A DNA stretch of 64,000 bases from an uncultured Chloroflexia bacterium (lineage in GTDB: Bacteria; Chloroflexota; Dehalococcoidia; GIF9; UBA5629), in contig CAWJIA010000016.1 in the NCBI GenBank assembly GCA_963842805.1, forward strand, positions 179,191 through 243,190, written 5' to 3'. Below the pieces are notes generated by a model, which worked only from the letters and a program-made list of their open reading frames with translations, made no database searches and was not told the DNA's origin. Positions 10,568 to 18,628 of the stretch are shown here, in pieces. Each line of letters starts with the position of its first letter. Position 1 is the stretch's first letter. A program made the translations under genes and the position numbers.

Positions 10568-12130
10568 ATGAGGGATAGCACGTTGCGGATTGCCGTGGCC
10601 CTTCTTGTCCTGGCCGTGTTGCTGATACTATCAATTCCCGCTGGATGTATAACACCTCCTGCTCCACTGTCAAATTTGCCCCCGCCGTCTCTACCCTCTA
10701 TCCTGCCGTCCAAAGGCATAGTCCACCTCAAAACAGCCATCATGGACGGTCCCGAGGGCAAGATCAATTATGATAATGTGACCTTTACCTGGGGCACCCT
10801 CCTGTCCTCGGTGGATCCCACTAAACTAACCTACTCATCATTTTTGCAGGGATACGACCAGAACTACACCCCCTTCCTGCCCGATACTTCTCGCACATTC
10901 AGCAACCTCCCCAACAAGGACTACATATTTTATGTAAAGGCGCAAGATGCAGACGGCAATATCGAGCCTGTGCCCGCCAACCGTGCTTTCACCGTGGCAG
11001 CGGCACCGCCCGGCCTGATTAACCCGCAGCCTGTGCCAGGCGGCGGGGGCGGATATCTCCTGATCGGCATCCCTATCGACCGCATAATGGTGGGGGCCGA
11101 CGGCCTCACGCTTTATGCGCTCAACTCCGCCTATGCCCGGCTATACCGCTCCGATAATGGCGGTGAAGGCTGGAACGATATTTCCGGCAGGGTAGGTGGC
11201 GGCGCCCCCTGGGTCGACCTGGCCATAGCGCCCGATGATCCGCGTTTCGTGGCCGTGGCCACCAACGGAGGCAGGGAAGTGTACGTGTCCGCTGATGCCG
11301 GTGTAACCTTCACTGCTACCGGTCTCGCTTCGGTTATAGGCGGCGGGCAGGTTGTGAGCAGCCTGGCTGTATCACCGGATTATGGCGCGCCCAGGCGTGA
11401 TATCGCAGTCGGCACCTGGAACGGCTCGGCCGGCGGCCGGGTTCTGATGAACGTCCTGTCGGGCTTCCCCAGCGGGTGGATGGATACCGGGGTTGGCGGC
11501 ATAGATGTATTTGCCCTCAAATACTCGCCTTCCTTCTCCTCCGACGGCACACTGCTGGCCGTGGCCTCAAGCCCGGTGCATACTTATCTTTATATGGGCA
11601 CACGTGACCTCGGCTCAACATCCATTGCCTGGAATACCTCGTTAAGGTACCCGGCCGAGATCGGCCAGGCCAGCACGGGTACACCGGGAACGCCTTTGAA
11701 CTACGCCGACATCGCCTTCCCCGCCGATTATAACGGTACAAATGCCTTCTCACGCAATGTATTCGTCTCGTGGAGCAAAACTCATCCGGGGCAGGATGTT
11801 TACCGCATGATAGATACCCAGGCCTACCGCATGAACATGCCCGAAGCCATAGCGTCCATTGCCTTCTACGGACGCATCAGCAGAGGTAAGATGCTGGCCG
11901 GGGCCGCCAAATGCTTAAGCGGAGGCGGCTGCTACCATGTGCAGACCTATTTCAGCAGCAACCCAAGCTCAAACTACCCAGGCTGGCAACCCAGCCAGAA
12001 ACCTCCCACAGGCTCAGCCAACGCCCGCGTGGCCTGGTCGCCCGATGGCACTCTCGCCTATGCCGCTACCAGCGGATCGGGGGCGGCCGTCTCCCACAGC
12101 CGCAATGAGGGCTATACCTGGAACCAGTAA
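10568..12130 (+). CDS. secreted lipoprotein: Pro-rich linker, Ig/FN3-like (Y_Y_Y-like) domain, Asp-box beta-propeller
   Basis: Lipobox IPAGC; YIFYVKAQDADGNIEP; Asp-boxes SDNGGEGW, SADAGVTF, SRNEGYTW; collinear similarity to the N-terminal part of 18629..22318. Confidence 0.75.
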   Translation: MRDSTLRIAVALLVLAVLLILSIPAGCITPPAPLSNLPPPSLPSILPSKGIVHLKTAIMDGPEGKINYDNVTFTWGTLLSSVDPTKLTYSSFLQGYDQNYTPFLPDTSRTFSNLPNKDYIFYVKAQDADGNIEPVPANRAFTVAAAPPGLINPQPVPGGGGGYLLIGIPIDRIMVGADGLTLYALNSAYARLYRSDNGGEGWNDISGRVGGGAPWVDLAIAPDDPRFVAVATNGGREVYVSADAGVTFTATGLASVIGGGQVVSSLAVSPDYGAPRRDIAVGTWNGSAGGRVLMNVLSGFPSGWMDTGVGGIDVFALKYSPSFSSDGTLLAVASSPVHTYLYMGTRDLGSTSIAWNTSLRYPAEIGQASTGTPGTPLNYADIAFPADYNGTNAFSRNVFVSWSKTHPGQDVYRMIDTQAYRMNMPEAIASIAFYGRISRGKMLAGAAKCLSGGGCYHVQTYFSSNPSSNYPGWQPSQKPPTGSANARVAWSPDGTLAYAATSGSGAAVSHSRNEGYTWNQ

Positions 12131-12181
12131 CATAGATTAGAAGCAGCAGAGGCAAGATCGATAGTCGCGGTTGGCACCGGG

Positions 12182-12658
12182 TCATGACTCTTGTTTTATT
12201 TTCGATATCCAGAGCAAATTGGGCGTCCTGTTCATGAAGAAAAGCTGCAATAAATATGCGGCATAAGCTCCCACAAAGCTGTCGGCCATCTGGCCCAGGG
12301 GCCAGCGGTCCTCATAACCGGACTGTACAAACAGAATTCCTCCCATAGCGGCCGATGCTGTGAGTATCAGTCCTAAAATGGCAAAAATACGCACGTATAT
12401 GCTCGACTTAGAAATAAAAGCAGATATCAGGACTATGATCGAACCGATGCCTATCACAAATCCCATTATGGCATGGTAAACCGAAAGGCCGGCCATGGCT
12501 TTAAGGAATTGGGCGCTTAAATCAGCCGGCCCACCCGGCAAAATTAAAAAGAATGTAATCCAGTTACCGCTCCAGGCCTGGACGCTCATGAGAACCAGAA
12601 CAGCCAGGGTCGAAATCCATAAACTTCTCAAGGAAACTTTTTGTAGTTTTTCACCCAT
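12182..12658 (-). CDS. hypothetical membrane protein (4 TM)
   Basis: Four hydrophobic segments; GGAGG SD upstream of a GTG start. Confidence 0.7.
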   Translation of the reverse strand: MGEKLQKVSLRSLWISTLAVLVLMSVQAWSGNWITFFLILPGGPADLSAQFLKAMAGLSVYHAIMGFVIGIGSIIVLISAFISKSSIYVRIFAILGLILTASAAMGGILFVQSGYEDRWPLGQMADSFVGAYAAYLLQLFFMNRTPNLLWISKIKQES

Positions 12659-12733
12659 CCGGCTATAACCTCCGTCCTTGATTATTATCTCGGCATGGCC
12701 CCTGGGGCCTCATATGCAAGTATAAAGGAATTG

Positions 12734-12762
12734 CCCCGGTGCCGCATATAACGGCACCGGGG
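12734..12762 (-). terminator. hairpin downstream of the lipoprotein gene, probable terminator
   Basis: CCCCGGTGCCG-CATATAA-CGGCACCGGGG; weak T tract. Confidence 0.5.
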
Positions 12763-12785
12763 TTGATCGAACATACCCTTAAAAT

Positions 12786-13409
12786 TTAATATCGGTACTG
12801 CTGGGGCGGTCCGGATGAGCCGGGCTGAGGGGCTGGCAGTGGAGCCGCAGGCGCCGACATAAAATCGACCGGAGTGACCACGAACCAAAGACTGTTTAAT
12901 CCCTGTCCTATGGTATCACCTGCCGCCTGGTCCTGGGCATAATAGTAAAGCGGCCAGCCCTTAAAGGTGGTCTGCATCATTCCGTCATCCCTGGTCATGA
13001 ACCCGAAGTCAGTTGCCTTTAGCGACGCCGATACCACGATGCTTGCCGTATAGAATACCGGCCATATCTTCACGATGGCCGCAGTGGCATTGCTTTTAAA
13101 GTAGTTGTCCCTAAGGAAATAATAGATCGTCATCCCTCTGGAATCGACCAGATAGTCTCCAATGCCCGCTTTGTTGGAGAGGTTAATGGTATAACCGGGG
13201 GCGGCTGGCGCTGCGGCCGGGGGCACTGGGGTCGCGGCTGGCGCTGCGGCCGGGGGCACTGGGGTCACGGCTGGCGCTGCGGCCGGCGCTTGCGGCTGGG
13301 AAGCAGGAGCCGAGACCGGCGCAGCCGCGCATGCCGTTGCACCAGCTATTACAGCCGAAAAAAGGATGATTAGAATCCCTCTGATCAAACCCGGGTTAGT
13401 CCACCTCAT
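12786..13409 (-). CDS. lipoprotein with 'secreted repeat of unknown function' (Lipoprotein_15/COG4315-like) and Ala/Pro linker
   Basis: Lipobox ATAC; LVDSRGMTIYYF...WP and QTTFKGWPLYYYAQD...GDTIGQG...WFVV; GGAGG SD before ATG 13409. Confidence 0.8.
   Translation of the reverse strand: MRWTNPGLIRGILIILFSAVIAGATACAAAPVSAPASQPQAPAAAPAVTPVPPAAAPAATPVPPAAAPAAPGYTINLSNKAGIGDYLVDSRGMTIYYFLRDNYFKSNATAAIVKIWPVFYTASIVVSASLKATDFGFMTRDDGMMQTTFKGWPLYYYAQDQAAGDTIGQGLNSLWFVVTPVDFMSAPAAPLPAPQPGSSGPPQQYRY
13201..13286. repeat. intragenic 33-bp tandem repeat, 2.6 copies
   Basis: GCGGCTGGCGCTGCGGCCGGGGGCACTGGGGTC x2 plus a partial copy; encodes TPVPPAAAPAA. Confidence 0.9.
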
Positions 13410-13600
13410 TTCAATACCTCCATAATTAAAGCATTCGCCCATCATATTATGCCCCTCAACGTTAACAACTCATAAAATTCCGGCGGAAAAAGTTGCGAAG
13501 TCATAACATTAATAAAAAATTAACACTTCCCTGTTATCATCCTTATTAACCACAGTAAATCGCCCGGACAAACAAATGACAAAAGGAAGTGTGAACAACC

Positions 13601-13990
13601 ATGTCGATTATTTTTGAAACGAACCGCTTTAAACATTACGGCCTGGTATCGCTTTTAAGACAGATGAATTGCAGCGTAGTACAGTTCAAGCTGCTGCGAT
13701 TCCTGCTGGCACATCCACAGGCCCACCTCTGCCCGGAAACTCTTGCCAGTGCCCTGGATATCACCAGGATTTTGCTGGCGCAGGAGATAGGACCGTTACT
13801 CGAGCTTGGAATCGTCTCGGAGCAGTCCCTTAATGGAATTACCACCTATTCCCTGACCATTAATCCGGTTATCCGGAAATATATAAGCGAGCTATCCAGC
13901 CTGGATGCCTGCGAAACGGCCAATATGAGGAAGGAATTATTCGGGGAAGTCCTGTACAATGCTCACTACCCGAATCAGTGCCGACTTTAA
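13601..13990 (+). CDS. hypothetical protein with probable winged HTH
   Basis: LLRFLLAHP...ETLASALDI...EIGPLLELGIV...TTYSL pattern fits a wHTH; divergent from the lipoprotein gene. Confidence 0.6.
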   Translation: MSIIFETNRFKHYGLVSLLRQMNCSVVQFKLLRFLLAHPQAHLCPETLASALDITRILLAQEIGPLLELGIVSEQSLNGITTYSLTINPVIRKYISELSSLDACETANMRKELFGEVLYNAHYPNQCRL

Positions 13991-14637
13991 TCCGGCTGCA
14001 GGCGCAGCACCATCCTGGCCAGGTCCCAGGCATGCTCGTAGAGGTGAAGGCCCTTGCTGAAGGCGTGGATCTCCCCGTCCTCCACGCCGATCTCGTTGGC
14101 CATATATTCCTTTAAAGTCTGCAGCCCGCCCAGGTTGGTGGGGAAGCCACCCCACAAGTCCCAGCTCCGGAAGTACAGGATGAAATGTAGTGCGCCATCC
14201 TGGATGCGCGTGTCCACCAGGCGCAAACACGGTGGGTCCTTCTGGTAGATGCTGTCCTTGTTCCCCACGCACATGCACATCTGGTTTGTACCATGCCCCA
14301 GCTTGTACCTGCTGATGACCTCCTCGATCTGCGGCGACAGGAACTCGCCGTAGGTGTACTCCTCGTTCTCCTCGCGGTGAGGGGTCATAAGATAGGTCAT
14401 ATACTCTTCGATCACCTCGTCGGTGGTGGGCAGCGGCACGCCGGTGGGCACGTCCGGGCTAAGCGGCCTGATGCCGGGCTTACTAATATTAACGGCCACC
14501 AACTCGATCTCCCTGCGGCGCATGCCTTCGAAACTGCCCTGCTCGATGACGTATTCCCTGCCTTCGAAAAGGGCCGTCTTGAGGCACTGGAACCAGGCGT
14601 CGCTGAGGCTCAGGGCATCTATCACGGTTAACTTCAT
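13987..14637 (-). CDS. thyA: thymidylate synthase, short archaeal-type
   Basis: YTYGE, catalytic DPPCL, YFRSWD, PTN and HLYE motifs; only 216 aa. Confidence 0.85.
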   Translation of the reverse strand: MKLTVIDALSLSDAWFQCLKTALFEGREYVIEQGSFEGMRRREIELVAVNISKPGIRPLSPDVPTGVPLPTTDEVIEEYMTYLMTPHREENEEYTYGEFLSPQIEEVISRYKLGHGTNQMCMCVGNKDSIYQKDPPCLRLVDTRIQDGALHFILYFRSWDLWGGFPTNLGGLQTLKEYMANEIGVEDGEIHAFSKGLHLYEHAWDLARMVLRLQPD

Positions 14638-14807
14638 TTTGTCCGTAGCATATTAAGCAACAGGGGCAATTGATGTCAAGGTGTAAAAAACCCCTGCACA
14701 CGCCGGGATTGCCCGCTCTTGGAAGCAGCATAGTGGTATAATTCGGCATTATCCCAAACAAGCAAGGGACTCAAACCGAATTCAATAATCACAGGGAGGC
14801 AAATCAT

Positions 14808-15113
14808 ATGCACTGGCAGGAAATACTGGGTTTAACGGCGGGATTGATCGGCAATATAAGCATCGTGCCCCAGGTATGGAAGCTATTCCGTTATAAAACA
14901 GCCTACGAGATAAGCCTGCCTTTCCTTTGTTTGTGGCTGGTCAGCACGCTCTGCTGGCTCTCTTACGGCATCTCCCTGGGGCTCCCCTCGGTGACTATAT
15001 GGAACAGCATTACTCTTCTTCTGGCCGCCCTGATAATGTATGCCAAGCTGAAATGGGGCATGCGGGCCAAACAGGCGAAGCAGGCGACCGGCGCCCTTCC
15101 TCCCGGGAATTGA
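14808..15113 (+). CDS. SemiSWEET / PQ-loop 3-TM transporter
   Basis: IVPQVWK PQ motif, EISL, WLSYGI, IWNSI; 101 aa; GGGAGG SD. Confidence 0.85.
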   Translation: MHWQEILGLTAGLIGNISIVPQVWKLFRYKTAYEISLPFLCLWLVSTLCWLSYGISLGLPSVTIWNSITLLLAALIMYAKLKWGMRAKQAKQATGALPPGN

Positions 15114-15139
15114 CATTTGTGCATGAGAGAAACCATAAT
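15110..15139 (+). promoter_or_regulatory. sigma70-type promoter for the HAD gene (very short leader)
   Basis: TTGACA-N18-CATAAT; ATG 11 nt downstream. Confidence 0.55.
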
Positions 15140-15150
15140 TTTAATCCAGC

Positions 15151-15843
15151 ATGATAAAAGCTGTTTGTTTCGATTTCTTCAATACGCTGGCCTACTTCGA
15201 TCCGCCCCGCGATGAGTTTTATGCTGAAACAGCGCGCGGGCTGGGCATAAATGTGACTGTAGAACAGATAGCCGAGGCCCTGCCCGATGCCGACACCTAC
15301 TGGCGGCAGGAGAACTTCAAGTCTCCCATTCGTGAGCGCCCCGAGAAGGAAAAATTCGAGGCCTATGAAGGCTACGGGATGCGCATTCTGAGAAATGTCG
15401 ACCCCCCGGCCACACCCGAAAAGGCCCTGCAGATGCTGGCCAAGGCTTTTGCCAGGGGCTTCAAATTTGTGGCCTTCGACGATTCCCTGCCCATATTGAA
15501 AGCCCTTAAGGAAAAGGGCCTTAAAATCGGCGTTATTTCCAATATCGGGCAGGAGATCGATTCTTACTGCCTGGAGCTGGGCTTTGCGCCCTACCTTGAT
15601 TTTAAGGTGACCTCCTTCGAGGTCGGCTACGACAAGCCCCACCCCGAAATATTCAAGCTAGCCCTACAGCGGGCAGGCGTCTCCGCCGATGAGGCGGTCT
15701 TTATAGGAGACCAGTATGAGCAGGATATCACGGGTGCCAGAGGCGTGGGCATAAAACCCATGCTCATAGACCGCAAAAGAAGCGCAAATTCCTGCGACTG
15801 CATCGTTATCCACAACCTCTGCCAGGTCGCCGATCATATCTAG
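15151..15843 (+). CDS. HAD-superfamily hydrolase, subfamily IA
   Basis: FDFFNTL, VISN, KPHPEIF, FIGDQYEQDITGA. Confidence 0.92.
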   Translation: MIKAVCFDFFNTLAYFDPPRDEFYAETARGLGINVTVEQIAEALPDADTYWRQENFKSPIRERPEKEKFEAYEGYGMRILRNVDPPATPEKALQMLAKAFARGFKFVAFDDSLPILKALKEKGLKIGVISNIGQEIDSYCLELGFAPYLDFKVTSFEVGYDKPHPEIFKLALQRAGVSADEAVFIGDQYEQDITGARGVGIKPMLIDRKRSANSCDCIVIHNLCQVADHI

Positions 15844-16110
15844 CTTCCGGCCATGCCAGGCGCTGGATTGCTAATACAGTATGCGGCACCATCACAAACA
15901 CAATAGAACTTAACTAACCGGATAATTGCCGGCTTTTCACTCGCCCTATAATGGGTCATATTTGCAACGAATCTAATACAGTACCATTTGCTACACAAAT
16001 ATGGGACTAATGGGTCATTGACATTGTACTTTCCGGGTCTTTTCACACAATAAATGCCTATGTATTATGTATTATGTTAATAAGTCAAAATAAAATAGTG
16101 TGGTGATCGA

Positions 16111-16707
16111 ATGAAAGCAGTAAAGAATTTGTTAAGAGATCAGAGCGGTATGACAGGACTGGAAACCGCCATTATTTTAATAGCCTTTGTTACCGTAGCC
16201 GCGGTTTTCGGCTACGCTGTACTGAGCGCCGGACTGTTTTCAGCCGAGCAGGGCAAGGCGACCATCTATGCAGGCCTCACGGAAGCGCAGAGCAATCTGC
16301 AGGTTTCCGGCGATGTCATCGCTAAAAGCGCCGATGAGGAAAATGTTAACAGCCTGATAGTAACCGTCAGGAACACGCCCGCCGGCAACCCCATCGATAT
16401 GACCCCGAATGACGGCAGTGGCACGAACAAGTGTGTTATCAGCCTTGCAACCAAGGGCTCTTACCTAAATAATGTGAAGTGGACAGCCGCATTCACGGGC
16501 AACGGCGATACCCCCAACATGCTGGAGCCGGGAGCGCAATGCCAGATTACCATTGACTTCACAGACCTCGGCAGCGGACAGACCCTCTCCGACAACCTGA
16601 CAGCCAACTCCTCTTTTACCCTGCAGATAAAACCGGGTGTAGGTTCGGTGATTAGCGTCCAGAGGACCCTACCTGCATCACTATCATACGTAATGAACCT
16701 TAACTAA
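16111..16707 (+). CDS. archaellin (archaeal-type flagellin, FlaB/ArlB family)
   Basis: Class III signal peptide RDQSG|MTGLETAIILIAFVTVAAVFGYAVLSAG matches the archaellin N-terminal consensus; C-terminal LEPG...FTLQIKP..G......RTLP also typical. Confidence 0.88.
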   Translation: MKAVKNLLRDQSGMTGLETAIILIAFVTVAAVFGYAVLSAGLFSAEQGKATIYAGLTEAQSNLQVSGDVIAKSADEENVNSLIVTVRNTPAGNPIDMTPNDGSGTNKCVISLATKGSYLNNVKWTAAFTGNGDTPNMLEPGAQCQITIDFTDLGSGQTLSDNLTANSSFTLQIKPGVGSVISVQRTLPASLSYVMNLN

Positions 16708-16725
16708 ATAATTTAAGTCGTGCCC

Positions 16726-16765
16726 GGGCCGCAGTTTCGGTACCTCCCTACGTAAACTGCGGCCC
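16726..16765. terminator. hairpin between convergent genes
   Basis: GGGCCGCAGTTT...AAACTGCGGCCC 12-bp stem followed by TTTCC. Confidence 0.6.
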
Positions 16766-16797
16766 TTTCCATTTTATAGACTCATCCAGGGCTGCTG

Positions 16798-17739
16798 TTA
16801 CAGGCCCCTCAAAAACTCGGGGCGCAGCAGGGCGGGGTCTTTCCTGGCCAGTATACTGTCCAACTGCTTCAGCACCCTGGCCTTGTCGGCAGGCATGGTT
16901 CCCCTTATCGCATAGTAGTTTGAAGCATGCATAGAGCTAAAAAAGCAGTTGCTAAAAGTGGAATTTTCCACGATGGCACGCAGTTCCTGCAGCGAATCGA
17001 AGGGAGTGATCAGGTCGAATTCACCACGCTCCCACTCCTCATAGAGGGCGGTGCCCGGTATGAGTGTCAAAGTCAGGGCGCCGGCATAATCGGGGTCCAT
17101 TTCCGTCAATATCCTGGCGGTTTCCAGCGCGTGCTTGCGGCTGCCTTTAACCCCACCCAGACCCAGGATCATGGTCACCGAGAGCAGTATGCCTGATTCC
17201 TTGACTTTGGCGGCCGCCTGCACCATCTCGGTATGAGTTGCGTTCTTTTGAATATGCGTCAAGACTCCGTCATCGCCACTCTCCACACCCATATACAGGA
17301 TGCCCAGCTTCAGTTTTTGCAGGGCCTTAAGCTCGTCCACGCTGCGCCTGCGGATATCCTGAGGAGTGGCATAACTGGCAACACGCTCCAGTTTCGGAAA
17401 TTTCTCATTCAGGTACTGCAGCGCTTCAACCAACTTGGTATAGGGATATACCAGCGCATCTCCGTCCTGAAGGAAGATTTTTTTGCCGTCCCAGCGTCTG
17501 AGGATCATATACATAATATCGGGCTGCCCCTGCACGTGGACACCATGGTTGACATAGAGGGACACGGCATCGATCTCCCGCTTAACATCTTGCAGGTCCC
17601 TGGTACCGAGGTGGGTGAAGGAGAAATTGCAGAAGGAGCAGGAGTTATTCGAGCACCCGGATGTCAGCGGCAGGTAATAGCTGGCATGCTCGCTGGGGGG
17701 TCTTATTATATCCGGCCTTTCAAATTCCATTATTGTCAC
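16798..17739 (-). CDS. radical SAM protein (RPPSE subfamily)
   Basis: IIRPPSE, GCSNNSCSFC cluster motif, FLQDGDAL, YMGVESG, HASNY. Confidence 0.88.
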   Translation of the reverse strand: MTIMEFERPDIIRPPSEHASYYLPLTSGCSNNSCSFCNFSFTHLGTRDLQDVKREIDAVSLYVNHGVHVQGQPDIMYMILRRWDGKKIFLQDGDALVYPYTKLVEALQYLNEKFPKLERVASYATPQDIRRRSVDELKALQKLKLGILYMGVESGDDGVLTHIQKNATHTEMVQAAAKVKESGILLSVTMILGLGGVKGSRKHALETARILTEMDPDYAGALTLTLIPGTALYEEWERGEFDLITPFDSLQELRAIVENSTFSNCFFSSMHASNYYAIRGTMPADKARVLKQLDSILARKDPALLRPEFLRGL

Positions 17740-17746
17740 TCTTCAA

Positions 17747-18589
17747 CTAATGCAGCAGGGCTACATAGCTGTTCAAGGGAACTTTCAGCGATCTGGCCAC
17801 GGGTCCGCATTTTGCCTTCAGACAGAAGAATATCCTGCCCTCGGCCGGTAGTTCTTCCAATGTTTCATAATAGCCCATACCCTTGGCAAAGACAAAATCA
17901 GCGCCTTCGAAAGCGCTCTTGAAATCGGCCGAGGCCTGTGAGAAGTCGATGCCCGGTGTGGCTGTGCCGGTCGTCATCACTTCACCCACCAGTTGTTCCA
18001 ATCCGGCCTTCTTGACTTCCTCCCGCGTTATGTCATTCTGCACCGGGTCCTGCTTGACTACGTATACCGTGCGGCTGTATCTCCTCATGAGTTTCAATAA
18101 CGGCAGGTCGAAATAAATTTCTCCGGCATTATCGGCCAGATAGAGGATATTGCCGGACTCTTTCACTTTGCCTTCCAGCAAGCCGGAATCGTCGACAGTA
18201 AACGTCAAGCGATTCCTTTTGATCTCCTCACTGACCTCCTCAATGGGCCTGAAAAAGTCGATGGCATTGCCCAGGGCAGCCAGCTTCAAATATTCCCTGA
18301 AATCCTCTTTATAGCTGGATCTAACTGATTTGAATAGCTGACGGGATGTCTCGATTTCGATATCCTTCATGTGGCGGTAAGGGTCAGGGTTGCCGCTGGC
18401 TTTTTTAACGGCAGCATGCATGGCAGAGGCTATCACGATGGAAACCGAGCCGGGCTTCAGCCTTTCCTCCAGTATCTGTTGGGCTTTTTGCCTGGCCGCT
18501 TCTCGGAGGGTCCCCTCTTCGGCAGCCAGTCTGGAAGCCTGATCGGCAAGCTTTAGCAGGCATTCACGGCATTCTCTGGAAATTCTCAT
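17747..18589 (-). CDS. DUF89 / ARMT1-like damage-control phosphatase
   Basis: N-terminal ECREC, DPY, GNAIDF, DNAGE, ND, KGMGYYETL, LKAKC. Confidence 0.9.
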   Translation of the reverse strand: MRISRECRECLLKLADQASRLAAEEGTLREAARQKAQQILEERLKPGSVSIVIASAMHAAVKKASGNPDPYRHMKDIEIETSRQLFKSVRSSYKEDFREYLKLAALGNAIDFFRPIEEVSEEIKRNRLTFTVDDSGLLEGKVKESGNILYLADNAGEIYFDLPLLKLMRRYSRTVYVVKQDPVQNDITREEVKKAGLEQLVGEVMTTGTATPGIDFSQASADFKSAFEGADFVFAKGMGYYETLEELPAEGRIFFCLKAKCGPVARSLKVPLNSYVALLH

Positions 18590-18628
18590 CTGCGGACGTT
18601 AATAGTTGATAATAGCAGCATTGGAGCA

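Noticed and set aside
13201-13286. 33-bp repeats as a possible CRISPR array
   Set aside because: Repeats are contiguous with no spacers, in frame within a CDS, and no cas genes are present.
14757-14807. Short leader of the SemiSWEET gene with possible pairing (TTCGG/CCGAA, TCCC/GGGA) as a riboswitch
   Set aside because: Stems are short and I could not match any known aptamer consensus.
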